DNA of 51,005 nt from Luminiphilus sp. (GTDB lineage Bacteria; Pseudomonadota; Gammaproteobacteria; Pseudomonadales; Halieaceae), in contig JAYNNB010000003.1 of NCBI GenBank assembly GCA_038112515.1, positions 1-51,005 on the forward strand, given 5' to 3'. Position numbers and translations under genes: made by a program. The notes under the pieces were generated by a model. The model was given only the letters and a program-made list of their open reading frames with translations, was not told the origin of the DNA and did not search any database. Of this stretch, positions 24,601 to 34,187 are shown one piece after another. Each line of letters begins with the position of its first letter. The stretch's first letter is position 1.

Positions 24601-25486
24601 GCATCCACTCCCCGTAGAAGTCAGTCATGTATATCAACGGAGCACCCGCCTTGGTGAGGTTGATCTCGTGGTCACGCAGTTCGAAGCGGACCGTTGGCAG
24701 CTTGCTGAAATTACCGGCAATCTGGCTGGCGTGACGCTCTCTTCTGGAACAGAGGTCAGCTGGCAACGTTTAGAGGATAGCGAGGCCACCTCGCTTTCTT
24801 TGGCCGCTCAATTCAGTAATCTCGAGACAAGTCTTACGTCCCTCGGTGTGGCGCCAATCGTGCAAACGCGAAGTGGTAAATTTGATGTCGAGTGGTCATG
24901 GGCCGGCAGTCCCAGGCAATTTCAATTGGGGTTAATCTCAGGATCCATGGATTTGACCTTGGAGTCCGGGTCCTTTACTTCTACCACCGCCGAAACGGCC
25001 GGGGCGATGCGCTTGCTGAGTTTGATGAATTTGGCGGGCCTCTTTCGGCGAGCAAATATGAATCAGCTTTTTGACCCGGGCGTTACCTTTGATCGTGCTG
25101 AAGGCCATATGGAATTTGATCAGGGGACGCTCCAAATCCCCGATTTTTCCATCGAGGGTTCAGGCGGCTATTTCACCTTTGCTAGCGATGTAGACCTACT
25201 GAATGAGACGCTCGACGGTGAATTAGTTGTGACGTTACCACTGGTCGATAATATTCCCTGGGTAGCTGCTCTGGCAGGCGGGCTACCGATTGCCGCCGGG
25301 ACCTATTTGGTGAGTAAGGTTTTCGAGAAGCAGATGAATCAGTTGTCCAGCGGCGTATATTCAGTGAGTGGCGATCTCAATGATCCCGAGGTCGTGTTCA
25401 GACGGGTATTTGATGCGACGGCAACCGCTCCCGCATCGACAAATCAGTCGGATACGGATTCTCCCGCGTCGAGATCAGCAAGATAG
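21644..25486 (+). CDS. yhdP: YhdP (AsmA-like phospholipid transport protein)
   Basis: About 1280 aa; N-terminal TM anchor (YVSSGR), beta-rich body, C-terminal 'LVVTLPL..N.PW.AAL..GLP.AAG' AsmA2 region; position after maf. Confidence 0.9.
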   Translation: MARALPKLAGRIVWPLMVVTLVSLAVYVSSGRLVMRALSDAEPQVSEFLSSMVNEEVSIGGIRGEMAGFSPRLQIENFAIRNGGSGEWLNLPAISIRLDAWASFLAGELRFDELVLTRPVLSSLPLASEQGRGFPPGITEFLSGFERLEIREARLMGDAQGTDQSPLPDALTLDMDMVRDGSRRDLRVTVRSDEEIVFATEGSGIGDPLDYRKFSGAFHGFITGGGLGLVAQALGVQLVAEGSAKFWLNVSKADTGVSFEADLKNISSRNGEQVFLEGLSFTADLAGLSDQPRLWIQNAKLTHAGSELIVPRLQSTTSDESWQILSEDLDVASLADIVSASAVLPDRVNKILTALDPSGRIDAISLEFASWKDPLQSWTASLAVTDATTRPYRRVPGLGGIDASLTATQDGAQAWVRTKDFALELPLVYETPIQFDAVTGVLSGRWQSDALFLQQGVFEAVAQDHTATVQFEIDIPFFKDASIEMQMRLAAALSEAPIKVRDAYIPRRLPENAYQWLRTALPSGDIEKAAFLWFGGFKPYGDASQTMQLAANLRDVTLAYQNGWPEAIQAHSFLRLDDTLLEVWSPQTVIAGLTLDDASAGLQLRPESSWLSIQSKSVSAASDLKRGLNALPPLFPIRPLLDDLSVSGSTSIEFSIDFDLRDIPGSLDVKVSSEVTAIKLHSALLDLSADEISGALTYDSSRGFESSDLSGKLLGKTLAVEMGPHLTATPRTIVAAKVNFDAGVRDILEWRSLPASLPIDGTAPLQVAITVADEIVVEVDSDLQGVSVDLPLPWGKPYESTAPLKLVWRDRGWAEWEVFWFGRFSAVADIPQGDSATVAIDVTPRTRPAWQSLIGNRNGIHVTGLLPELDPAEWLPVFQDDFATGSVFPRLAVDDLRVEQLQWRGTSMGSLNLSLRADRELFYADFVLPWLRGDFQQQFAAPMSEAAAEFEPEVQRRLSISYLDIDGLPALESQAGAGDTDLNFNWHPLPVEVSHVYQRSTRLGEVDLVVTQFEADRWQLAEITGNLAGVTLSSGTEVSWQRLEDSEATSLSLAAQFSNLETSLTSLGVAPIVQTRSGKFDVEWSWAGSPRQFQLGLISGSMDLTLESGSFTSTTAETAGAMRLLSLMNLAGLFRRANMNQLFDPGVTFDRAEGHMEFDQGTLQIPDFSIEGSGGYFTFASDVDLLNETLDGELVVTLPLVDNIPWVAALAGGLPIAAGTYLVSKVFEKQMNQLSSGVYSVSGDLNDPEVVFRRVFDATATAPASTNQSDTDSPASRSAR

Positions 25487-25983
25487 CGAAACAGTTTTCT
25501 ACTGTGGGCTTTCTCATTGCCCTTGGAAACTTCCCTCGGATATTGTCTCCGCCATTGGCGGAGCAGCGCAGGCTCTGCGGCAGGCCAATCTGTGAGAATC
25601 TCGCCCAGCGCGCGGTCCCCCTCGGCGATGAGTTTTTCCCGGGCGGCTTCGATCTGGTGGTGCCTCCGCACACTGTCGTTATGCTGTTGATCTCTCTCTC
25701 TGAGGCCGGCCTCGATAGTCGAAGGATCGATCGAGCGCATTAGTTTTCCAATAAACTGCAGTTGGCGTCTCAGCCCGCCTCTGGCCGTAATTCGCCTCGC
25801 TTGATTTATCGCTTCTATAAGGCGCTCATCCTCGATATTGAGCTTGTCCAGTTCTGCCTGGGGGAGCGCCACCAGACGCTCTCCCAACTGCTGAAGCGAA
25901 TGCATTTGTCGCTTGCGTTCGCTTTTGCTGACGGGCTGTTCATCTGACCCCTCTGCAGGCTCGCGGCTCATGTTCAACGCCAT
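25444..25983 (-). CDS. yjgA: Ribosome biogenesis factor YjgA/DarP (DUF615)
   Basis: SKSERKRQMHSLQQLGERLV, RRQLQFIGKLMR, RKLFRYL. Confidence 0.93.
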   Translation of the reverse strand: MALNMSREPAEGSDEQPVSKSERKRQMHSLQQLGERLVALPQAELDKLNIEDERLIEAINQARRITARGGLRRQLQFIGKLMRSIDPSTIEAGLRERDQQHNDSVRRHHQIEAAREKLIAEGDRALGEILTDWPAAEPALLRQWRRQYPREVSKGNEKAHSRKLFRYLADLDAGESVSD

Positions 25984-25984
25984 G

Positions 25985-27337
25985 TCACCCGTAAAACCAG
26001 GTAGCGAGGCCCAGAAAAGTCAGAAACCCTACAATGTCGGTAATTGTGGTTACCAACACGCCTCCCGCCAGCGCGGGATCGATATTCAGACGTTGTAGGA
26101 TGAGAGGCAAGCCTGCCCCTGAAACTCCTGCGGTGATCAAATTGATGAGCATTGCGCAGGCGATAATTAAGCCCAGCGTATTGTCGTCAAACCAAAAAGC
26201 TGCGGTGATCGCGATGACGGCTGCCCACAGAATGCCATTGATCAGACCTATCAGCGATTCGCGTCCAATCAGCCAAAACTGGTTGCGGTCGTTGATCTGG
26301 CCCATGGCCATTGCGCGGATCAGAATCGTCAAGCTTTGTGTTCCCGCGATACCGCCCATCGAGGCCACCACAGGCATTAGCACCGCAAGGGCAACGACTT
26401 TTTCGATCGTCCCCTGAAACAGGCTGATAACAGAGGAGGCTAACAGCGCAGTGGCCAGATTAATCGCCAGCCACACCGCTCGTCTTGGCGCTGAGTGCCA
26501 AACCGTCGCAAATGTATCCTCTTCTGCCAGACCCGCGAGGGAGGTTAGTGAATGATCCGCCTCCTCGATGATCACGTCGACGACGTCGTCAATCGTGATG
26601 CGACCCAAAAGCTTTCCGGCATCATCGACCACCGGAGCCGACACCCAGTCATTGCGTTCAAAACGACGCGCCACCTCGGTCGCCGGCATCTGAGCGTTGA
26701 TCGCCTCCTGATCGGTAATCATCATTTCCCGCACTGAAACGGCTGGATCCGAGACGAGTACAGTGCGAATAGGTAACAGTCCGACCAACTTATCGCTGCG
26801 ATTCACAACGATGAGGTTATCGGTGTTCTGCGGTATTTCGACATGGCGTCGTAGATATCTCAGCACAACATCGAGCGTTAAATCGGCTCTGATGGTGATG
26901 GTGTCGGTACTCATTAAGCCACCGGCGACATCGTCGGGGAAGCTGAGTACCGTTTGCAGTCTCTGGCGATACTGCTCATCCATGATCGCCAATACTTGAC
27001 CGGTGACGTCCTCGGGCAATTCGTGGAGGATGTCTGCTACGTCGTCATCGTCGAGTTTTTCGACAATGCCAGCCAATACCTCGGGGTCACGATCGATCAG
27101 GATGGCACTGCGAAGCTCGTCGGGCAGTTCGTTGACAACCAGCGCCTCCTGATCTGCCTTCAGCAAGCCGAGCAGCAGGGTGCGATAGTCGGGTGGAGAG
27201 GAGCTGACTAGATAGGCGACATCGCCCGGAGGCATTTCTGCCAGAATGCCGGCCACATCACCCAGCGTACCGGCACGCAGCGCTTGATCGATACGCTCAG
27301 TTTTTGTGGGAAAATTGGCGGGTGAGTTCAACAGCAA
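25985..27337 (-). CDS. mgtE: Magnesium transporter MgtE
   Basis: MgtE_N domain, CBS pair (AGGLM, GRITIDDVVDV), TM motifs MGGIAGTQ, DPALAGG, TTITDIVG; TTG start at 27337 or 27331. Confidence 0.96.
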   Translation of the reverse strand: MLLNSPANFPTKTERIDQALRAGTLGDVAGILAEMPPGDVAYLVSSSPPDYRTLLLGLLKADQEALVVNELPDELRSAILIDRDPEVLAGIVEKLDDDDVADILHELPEDVTGQVLAIMDEQYRQRLQTVLSFPDDVAGGLMSTDTITIRADLTLDVVLRYLRRHVEIPQNTDNLIVVNRSDKLVGLLPIRTVLVSDPAVSVREMMITDQEAINAQMPATEVARRFERNDWVSAPVVDDAGKLLGRITIDDVVDVIIEEADHSLTSLAGLAEEDTFATVWHSAPRRAVWLAINLATALLASSVISLFQGTIEKVVALAVLMPVVASMGGIAGTQSLTILIRAMAMGQINDRNQFWLIGRESLIGLINGILWAAVIAITAAFWFDDNTLGLIIACAMLINLITAGVSGAGLPLILQRLNIDPALAGGVLVTTITDIVGFLTFLGLATWFYG

Positions 27338-27406
27338 GCCTCCTTTGCTGCGCCTATTATCCCTAGCATCGAGGGTAGGTCTAGCGGCCGAGGCGCGATT
27401 TGCGAC

Positions 27407-27676
27407 TTATTCCAACTCGCCAAACCCCGAGGCAAACAGGTTTTCCATAGCTTCGCGAGCGGCGGCTTGGTCTTCACCCGATATACGCAGGACGATTTCA
27501 GAGCCCTGACCCGCCGCTAACATCAGTACCGACATAATGCTCTTGGCGTCGATCTCTCGATCCTTGAAGCAGAGCGTGATGTCACTGCTAAAACGGCTCG
27601 CGCATTCTACGACTTTTGCGGCGGGTCGGGCGTGTAGACCCAGCGGATTGACCACCTGCAGCAGAGATTCGCTCAT
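27407..27676 (-). CDS. ptsO: HPr-family phosphocarrier NPr
   Basis: NPLGLHARPAAK (phospho-His), DAKSIMSVLMLAA; end of the rpoN cluster. Confidence 0.92.
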   Translation of the reverse strand: MSESLLQVVNPLGLHARPAAKVVECASRFSSDITLCFKDREIDAKSIMSVLMLAAGQGSEIVLRISGEDQAAAREAMENLFASGFGELE

Positions 27677-28548
27677 GCTGATTCTCTCGTCGTCAAATGG
27701 CGATGTCGGAGTTGCGCCCCTGGGTAAATTTGCGCGACGTCTGCATGGAGGCGTTCTGCTAAATAGACGGAGCGGTGCTGTCCGCCCGTACAACCTATTG
27801 CGATGGTGAGATACCGCCTGTCGTTCTGATTGAAATCGGGAATAGACTCAGCAACGAATGTGCTGATCCGCTCATAGATTGCGAGGGTTTTGGGATCCGA
27901 TTCGAGGAAATGCTTCACCGGCTCGTCTATTCCGGTCAAGTTTCGTAAAGCGGCCTCCCAATAGGGATTGGAAAGGCCCCTGGCGTCAAACACAAAATCT
28001 GCATCAGTGGGCATACCTTTTTTGAAAGCGAACGACTCGATCATGATAGAGATGCCATCCCGTCGTTCGATAATGCGCAATGTAATTGCGTCCCTGAGAT
28101 CTCGGGGCGACAGATCGGTCGTATCGATTAAGAGATCCGCCTGTGCGGCAATAAATTCAAGGTGCTGTCTCTCTCTGGTGATCGCCTCGGGGAGCGAGTT
28201 GTTAGGGCCGGCGAGCGGATGCCTGCGTCGTGTTTCACTGAATCGCTTCAGCAGGATGTGAGGTTGGGCGTCCAGAAAGACGACGAGAGAGTCGCGATTT
28301 TTTAAGATTTGTTGCAGGGAGCTACTGTCCCCCTGCTGCTCCGGGCTCATCGCGCGCGCGTCAATACACACGGCAATTCCTTTAAAGCGATCATAATCTC
28401 GATGCTGCAGGACTTCCCTGGCGAAATCCGCCATCATGCGTGGCGGAAGATTATCCACACAGTAATATCCCTCATCTTCCAACAGCCGCAGCGCGCTACT
28501 TTTCCCGGCGCCAGAGCTGCCGCTGATGATGATCAGGCGGGGTATCAC
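27673..28548 (-). CDS. rapZ: RNase adapter RapZ (P-loop)
   Basis: ISGSSGAGKS, GYYCVDNLP, RFSETRRRHPL, IGCTGGQHRSV. Confidence 0.96.
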   Translation of the reverse strand: MIPRLIIISGSSGAGKSSALRLLEDEGYYCVDNLPPRMMADFAREVLQHRDYDRFKGIAVCIDARAMSPEQQGDSSSLQQILKNRDSLVVFLDAQPHILLKRFSETRRRHPLAGPNNSLPEAITRERQHLEFIAAQADLLIDTTDLSPRDLRDAITLRIIERRDGISIMIESFAFKKGMPTDADFVFDARGLSNPYWEAALRNLTGIDEPVKHFLESDPKTLAIYERISTFVAESIPDFNQNDRRYLTIAIGCTGGQHRSVYLAERLHADVAQIYPGAQLRHRHLTTRESA

Positions 28549-29006
28549 AGTAGGCCACTCATGGCGACGATGCGCGACAAATCTTCCGGTTCGATCGCTT
28601 CTCTAATGGCTTTTCGGGTGGGCTCATCGGATAACAACGTGACGACTCCGGCCAGGAGGTCAAGATGTTCCTGAGTGGCTGCAGAAGGGACCAGCAGTAA
28701 CAACACAATGTCGACGTTTTGCCCGTCGGGAGCGGAAAAGTCGACCGCGTCGGTCAGGGTCATGAGGCACCCCAGTGGGGCACTGCATGCATCAATGCGA
28801 CAATGCGGAATCGCAACGCCATTGCCTAGTGCCGTGCTGCCTAACTTCTCACGGTCGAGTAAGCCGCGATAAACCGCCTCTTTAGATAAACCGGCTGCGT
28901 CGCCAAACGCCTCCGCCGCACTCTCAAAAACCCGCTTTTGACTATGAACACTTAGCCGGCTGAATACTAATAAGTCAGCGAGCTTGGCTTGAGGGTTGAG
29001 TGACAT
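28545..29006 (-). CDS. ptsN: PTS IIA(Ntr)
   Basis: REKLGSTALGNGVAIPHCR, DF.APDG..VD, HL.LL. Confidence 0.93.
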   Translation of the reverse strand: MSLNPQAKLADLLVFSRLSVHSQKRVFESAAEAFGDAAGLSKEAVYRGLLDREKLGSTALGNGVAIPHCRIDACSAPLGCLMTLTDAVDFSAPDGQNVDIVLLLLVPSAATQEHLDLLAGVVTLLSDEPTRKAIREAIEPEDLSRIVAMSGLL

Positions 29007-29009
29007 CAG

Positions 29010-29297
29010 TCAGTGTCCTCTTCGCTTTTCCTTTTGCTTAATTGCCTGTCTGTCGAGCTTTTCGGCAAGTGCATCAATCGCTGCATACATGTCATCCGAT
29101 TCAGATGAGGCGAATAGATCGGCTCCTGCCACATGGAGATTCGCTTCGGCTTTGTGTTGATGCTTCTCAACGATCAATGTGACGTCCGCTCGGGTAATGT
29201 GGTCACCATGACGCTCTATCGGCGCGAATTTCGCCTCCACATGCTCGCGGATCGCGGGCGTTACATCCAAGTGATGTCCACTTATCGTCAGGTTCAT
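29010..29297 (-). CDS. hpf: Ribosome hibernation promoting factor
   Basis: ISGHHLDVTPAIR, DMYAAIDAL..KLDRQ; downstream of rpoN. Confidence 0.95.
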   Translation of the reverse strand: MNLTISGHHLDVTPAIREHVEAKFAPIERHGDHITRADVTLIVEKHQHKAEANLHVAGADLFASSESDDMYAAIDALAEKLDRQAIKQKEKRRGH

Positions 29298-29326
29298 ATG
29301 ACGCTCCTTTTTACCGTTTGAGATAC

Positions 29327-30730
29327 TCAGTTGAGGCGCTTACGTTCATTAGAAGGTGGGATAGACAGCTGCTCCCTGTATTTGGCAATTGTTCTTCTCG
29401 CGACTGATATGCCCTGATCTTTTAGGAAATTACAAAGTTTGGAGTCGCTGAGGGGCTTTCGTGCATCCTCTCCACTGACTAATTGCTTTATCGCTGCTTT
29501 TATCGCAGTCGATGAACTGTCGCCGCCATCATCGCCCGTCACGCGGCTTGAAAAAAAGTACTTCAGTTCAAAGGTGCCTCTAGGCGTATGCATATATTTT
29601 CTTGTGGTTGCTCGAGATACCGTCGACTCATGCAGATCCACCTCCGAGGCAATATCCGCAAGCACCAGCGGTTTCATTGCAATCTCGCCCAGCTCCAAGA
29701 ACTGTTTTTGATGCTCCACGACTTTAGCGGCGACCTTGAGGAGCGTCTCGTTGCGACTCTGTAGGCTTTTCATAAACCAGCGAGCCTCCTGCAAATGTTC
29801 TTTGACATAGCCTCGGTCGGAGGAGGAGCCCCCGTTGAGCGCAGATACGTAGTGCTCATTCACGCGAAGTTTTGGCGCAATGTCTGGGTTTAGTTCTACC
29901 AGCCATCGACCATTCCTCTGATGTACGAAGACATCGGGCGTGACGTATTCAGTTTGATCCCCGCCGATTCTGGCCCCTGGCGTTGGGTCGAGCGAGCGAA
30001 TAAGTCCAATAGCGGCCTCAAGTTCAGGCTCTGTTGTCCTGAGCTTTTTGGCAAGTTGTCGGGCGGGCGCAGTAGGCAGTTGAGCGAGGTGGCGGCTCAC
30101 AATTGCTCCAGCCAACTCTCGATACGGGGTGTCAATCGGGAGTTGTCTGAGCTGGATCAATAGGCATTCTCTCAAATCAACCGCAAAGACGCCGGGGGGT
30201 TCAAAGTGTTGCAAGCGGTGCAACACGGCAATCACTTCATCGAGTTCCACCTCATCAAGATCAAGCTCCTGATGAATGTTCTCTGGGCTTTGCGTTAAAC
30301 GCCCATCGGCATCGACCGCATCGATGAGGGCGAGGGCAATCACATGATCGATATCCGACAGTCTGGTGAGATTCAATTGCCAGAGTAAATGGTCACGAAG
30401 TGACTCCTCTGCCGAATCGCGCTCTGAGAAGTCGGCGTCCGCTGACCCCAGGCTGGGCGGCGGCGCGGAGGATGGCATTAGATCCTCCCAGACGGCATCA
30501 ACTGCCAAGTCCTCAGAACTGTCCTCCGATGCCGCTTCCTGAGAAAAATCCAGATTATCTGCCTCTGGGGTCGACTCGTTTTCCAGCTCGAGAAGCGCGT
30601 TGGACTCGAGGGTTTCTTCGATGATTTGCTGCAGATCGGCGGTGCTCATCTGTAGCAGTTTGATTGCCTGCTGCAGTTGGGGGGTGAGGGCTAACTGCTG
30701 CCCTAGCTTGAGCTGTAGCGCCTGCTTCAT
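29327..30730 (-). CDS. rpoN: RNA polymerase sigma-54 factor
   Basis: Region I TPQLQQAIKLLQ, HESTVSR, RpoN box ARRTIAKYRE. Confidence 0.98.
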   Translation of the reverse strand: MKQALQLKLGQQLALTPQLQQAIKLLQMSTADLQQIIEETLESNALLELENESTPEADNLDFSQEAASEDSSEDLAVDAVWEDLMPSSAPPPSLGSADADFSERDSAEESLRDHLLWQLNLTRLSDIDHVIALALIDAVDADGRLTQSPENIHQELDLDEVELDEVIAVLHRLQHFEPPGVFAVDLRECLLIQLRQLPIDTPYRELAGAIVSRHLAQLPTAPARQLAKKLRTTEPELEAAIGLIRSLDPTPGARIGGDQTEYVTPDVFVHQRNGRWLVELNPDIAPKLRVNEHYVSALNGGSSSDRGYVKEHLQEARWFMKSLQSRNETLLKVAAKVVEHQKQFLELGEIAMKPLVLADIASEVDLHESTVSRATTRKYMHTPRGTFELKYFFSSRVTGDDGGDSSSTAIKAAIKQLVSGEDARKPLSDSKLCNFLKDQGISVARRTIAKYREQLSIPPSNERKRLN

Positions 30731-30792
30731 TTGCCTAATCGCGACCCGTGAGGCCTTTAGTCTAGCGCTGGTCAGCGCACAATGGAATGAAT

Positions 30793-30808
30793 TGGCAAGA
30801 AACTTGCT
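30793..30808 (+). promoter_or_regulatory. Sigma-54 -24/-12 site oriented opposite to rpoN
   Basis: TGGCAAGAAACTTGCT = GG-N10-GC consensus, 63-78 nt upstream of the rpoN ATG. Confidence 0.65.
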
Positions 30809-30896
30809 GTACCTGGTCCGTTATAACCAGAGCGGATACAGCTGGCGCTCACTGGAGTTGACCGTGTGGGGACCGCTCAGCCTGGAGCGTCTCCTG

Positions 30897-31625
30897 CTAC
30901 AGGGTAAATTGATCCCCCAGATAGGTTTGCCTGACCTTCTCGTCAAGCAATACCTCCGATGGCGCGCCTGATGCGATGACATAGCCTTCACCCACGATGT
31001 ACGCGCGCTCACAAATATCCAGAGTGTCTCGGACATTGTGATCAGTGATCAAGACGCCGATACCGCGTGCCTTGAGATGAGAGATGATCTCTTTAATCTC
31101 GGAAATTGAGATGGGGTCGACCCCGGCAAATGGTTCATCAAGCAGTATCACGGTTGGGTCAGTTGAGAGCGCGCGGGCAATCTCGACCCTGCGACGCTCC
31201 CCTCCTGACAATGACTGCCCCAATGAATCGGCCAGATGACTGACGTTAAACTCAGCCAGCAGGTTGTTTGCCATTGAGTTGCGGTCCCTGCGACTCAGTT
31301 CCCGACGTGTCTCGAGAATGGCGAGCAGATTATCCCGCACAGAGAGCTGTCGGAAAATCGAAGCCTCCTGTGGGAGGTAGCCGATGCCTGCTCTGGCCCT
31401 CTTGTGCATGGGCATTGACACGATTGATTCGCCATCCAGACAGATGTCTCCCGCGTCTGCGGAAATCAAACCCACTATCATATAAAAACAAGTCGTCTTT
31501 CCTGCGCCATTGGGCCCCAGCAAGCCGACGATCTCGCCGGCGCTGATTCGCAAGGACACGTCCTTCACGACCGGCCTACCGCCGTAGGCTTTGGCGAGAT
31601 GCTCTACGCTAAGGGTGCTAGCCAT
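30897..31625 (-). CDS. lptB: LPS export ABC ATPase LptB
   Basis: [51 protein letters not shown]; ATG at 31625. Confidence 0.97.
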   Translation of the reverse strand: MASTLSVEHLAKAYGGRPVVKDVSLRISAGEIVGLLGPNGAGKTTCFYMIVGLISADAGDICLDGESIVSMPMHKRARAGIGYLPQEASIFRQLSVRDNLLAILETRRELSRRDRNSMANNLLAEFNVSHLADSLGQSLSGGERRRVEIARALSTDPTVILLDEPFAGVDPISISEIKEIISHLKARGIGVLITDHNVRDTLDICERAYIVGEGYVIASGAPSEVLLDEKVRQTYLGDQFTL

Positions 31626-32151
31626 CTTCGGATGACCGGCGCAGATTCTCGGGCGGAATAACGACCTCAACACGACCCTCACCCGCGCTACCTGGCGAGC
31701 CCGCGGCTTTCACTTTTTTCTGGGACACTAAATATTCGATGCTGTCTCCCGACAAAACGGATCCGTCTTGGATGATTCGCGCCTCGTCGATCAAACGCAC
31801 TAAATCTTCTGATCTGATGTATTCAATCAATCGCGCTGAGGCATCCACTGGCGCTTGATCGCTCGCTGGTGTTTGCACCAGCGTAGCAGGTCGTCCGGTG
31901 GCAATAATTTTGTCTGCGGCGGCACTGTCATGCTTGATTGATATGAGGTCGGCGGTGATGCGTAATGATCCCTGTGTCAGGATCACATTACCTTCGTAGC
32001 GTGTTTCTCCTGCGCTCTCGTCTCGCACGGCGACATCAGCTTCGATCTGTATCGGTTGATCCTTGTCGGACTCGAGTGCCGCCAAATCGGGGTTCAGGCA
32101 AAGTAGCCATAGCACCAAACAGGCGACGCGGTATTGTTTTTGATTACTCAT
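31618..32151 (-). CDS. lptA: LPS transport periplasmic protein LptA
   Basis: Signal peptide, [31 protein letters not shown]. Confidence 0.93.
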   Translation of the reverse strand: MSNQKQYRVACLVLWLLCLNPDLAALESDKDQPIQIEADVAVRDESAGETRYEGNVILTQGSLRITADLISIKHDSAAADKIIATGRPATLVQTPASDQAPVDASARLIEYIRSEDLVRLIDEARIIQDGSVLSGDSIEYLVSQKKVKAAGSPGSAGEGRVEVVIPPENLRRSSEDG

Positions 32152-32683
32152 AGTCGGTTTTCACCCGGCCTTTCAGGGTTGCGATGTCGCGCACGAGGTC
32201 CAACTCAAAGCCAGTGCCGGAGGTTCGACTACCTGAACCAGTGAAAATGACGTCGCGCTGCCCGACTGCGCGCTTGTCGTCAATGAATAGCCACATGGAC
32301 TCAGTAGTCATCGTTGCATCGCGCGTGGTTTCGAGAATTTCGACACCATCCTGAAGAAAGAGTTCATTGCTATCCTCAAAGAAAAGTCCCGAGGTTGAGT
32401 CGATAAACCATTTTGCTCCATCGTCACTTTCGGAATAGAAATTGATACCGCTTAGTGCGGTTTCGTCTCTTCCTTCCCAACGCTGAGCGTTATCAATGGC
32501 CAGTACATCAGAGGGTCTACCATCATTGGCAAACTGCGTTCTGACGCCGGTGCGCAGGTAGCTGGTTACCAACTCTCCAGTTTGAGCAAACTGGCTGGCG
32601 TCGAGAGAAACGTCCGGTGTCAATCGCTGCCAACTGATAGCGGCGAAGGCCACGCAGGCCAACATAGCCGCGAAAACTTTCAA
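32144..32683 (-). CDS. lptC: LPS export protein LptC
   Basis: N-terminal TM segment, beta-jellyroll pattern, position between kdsC and lptA; TTG start. Confidence 0.82.
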   Translation of the reverse strand: MKVFAAMLACVAFAAISWQRLTPDVSLDASQFAQTGELVTSYLRTGVRTQFANDGRPSDVLAIDNAQRWEGRDETALSGINFYSESDDGAKWFIDSTSGLFFEDSNELFLQDGVEILETTRDATMTTESMWLFIDDKRAVGQRDVIFTGSGSRTSGTGFELDLVRDIATLKGRVKTDYE

Positions 32684-33207
32684 AGAGTCGACTCTTGATT
32701 AGGCGCCTCTGGCCGCTGAGCCAGAAGAATGAAGTCGCTGAGTGCCCGAACAGCGCCCCGGCCACCCTCGCAGGGTGCTACCCAATCGGCGATGTCTTGG
32801 ACGGCGGATACAGCGTCGCTCGGGCAGGTTGCCAGTCCTACCATACGAAGCGGGTTCAGATCCGGTAGATCATCGCCCATATAGGCGATTTGCGTCAGCG
32901 GGACATTTTTGATTTCCAGGATCTCGAGCATCGCCTCGCTCTTGTCTTCGCGACCCTGCAACACGTATCGCACACCCAGCTCCGCCATTCTCCGTGTTAC
33001 AGCCTCCGATGAGCGCGCCGTTATAATCGCGACTTCAATACCGTGATCGAGCAGTCGCCTGATGCCGAGTCCGTCCTTGATATTGAACCCTTTTATCTCA
33101 GGTTGATCGGCTCCTCCGTAAAGCACGGTGCCGTCAGTCAGCACGCCATCGACGTCCAGCACCACCATCTGGACTGACTCAGCAAGTTGGGCCGCCCGCC
33201 CGCTCAC
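32680..33207 (-). CDS. kdsC: KDO 8-phosphate phosphatase
   Basis: LDVDGVLTDG, FNIKDGLGI, AYMGDDLPD, GGRGAVR. Confidence 0.95.
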   Translation of the reverse strand: MSGRAAQLAESVQMVVLDVDGVLTDGTVLYGGADQPEIKGFNIKDGLGIRRLLDHGIEVAIITARSSEAVTRRMAELGVRYVLQGREDKSEAMLEILEIKNVPLTQIAYMGDDLPDLNPLRMVGLATCPSDAVSAVQDIADWVAPCEGGRGAVRALSDFILLAQRPEAPNQESTL

Positions 33208-34184
33208 GAAATGCCTGCCTTCAAAAGCGCTAACAGGCTCACCACGCCACAGACCGACTGGGCGGCATCGACAATGACCAGAGAACTGATTCGATAGCGC
33301 TCCATCACACCCATCGCCTCAGCCGCCAGGACATCTTCTGAGAGGGTTCTGGGCGATCGCGTCATCACTGCCTCAAGGGTTGTGTGCTGTAAATCTCGCT
33401 GGTTTTCAATGGCTCTGCGAAGATCACCATCAGTAAAGACTCCTCGTAGCTTATCGTCTGCACCTACAACGGTGGTCATCCCTAATCCTTTGCGAGTGAT
33501 TTCATCCAGCGCATCTATCAATGTTGCACTGCCTGCGACTCTGGGGATCTCCTCGCCCTTCACCATGACGTCACTGACCCTCAACAAGAGCCGCCTTCCC
33601 AAGGTGCCACCGGGATGCGAAAAGGCGAATTCTTCTGCGGTGAAGCCGCGCGCCTCCAAAACCGCAATCGCCAGCGCATCCCCCATCACCAGTGCCGCGG
33701 TTGTGCTGGAGGTTGGGGCCAAATTAAGCGGGCAGGCCTCGGATTCTACTGCAGCCAGCAGATGCACGGCAGAAGCCTGCGCCAGCTCGCTCTCTGCGTT
33801 GCCCGTGATACTGATAAGCGGAATGTTTAGCCGTTTGATCAAGGGAAGCAGGGTAATAATTTCCTCCGTATTGCCACTATTCGATAGTGCCAGCACGCAG
33901 TCACTGCGGGTGATCATGCCCATATCGCCATGGGAGGCCTCTCCCGGGTGCACGAAAAACGCAGGCGTGCCCGTACTCGCCAAAGTGGCCGCAATTTTCC
34001 CCGCCACGTGACCACTTTTTCCCATGCCGGTCACTACGACGCGCCCCGTATTGTTCAGCAGGACTCGGCAAGCGGCCGCAAAATCAGGACCAATGAAGTC
34101 GCGCAACGCTGAAACGGCATCACTCTCAAGACCAATAGTGCGTTTTGCAGAATCAATCAGTAGCTGGTCAGCGTCAGAATTCAT
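33204..34184 (-). CDS. kdsD: Arabinose 5-phosphate isomerase (SIS + CBS)
   Basis: GMGKSGH, ASTGTPAFFVHPGEASHGD, APTSSTT, HPGG.LG, GVFTDGDLRR. Confidence 0.96.
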   Translation of the reverse strand: MNSDADQLLIDSAKRTIGLESDAVSALRDFIGPDFAAACRVLLNNTGRVVVTGMGKSGHVAGKIAATLASTGTPAFFVHPGEASHGDMGMITRSDCVLALSNSGNTEEIITLLPLIKRLNIPLISITGNAESELAQASAVHLLAAVESEACPLNLAPTSSTTAALVMGDALAIAVLEARGFTAEEFAFSHPGGTLGRRLLLRVSDVMVKGEEIPRVAGSATLIDALDEITRKGLGMTTVVGADDKLRGVFTDGDLRRAIENQRDLQHTTLEAVMTRSPRTLSEDVLAAEAMGVMERYRISSLVIVDAAQSVCGVVSLLALLKAGIS

Positions 34185-34187
34185 AGT

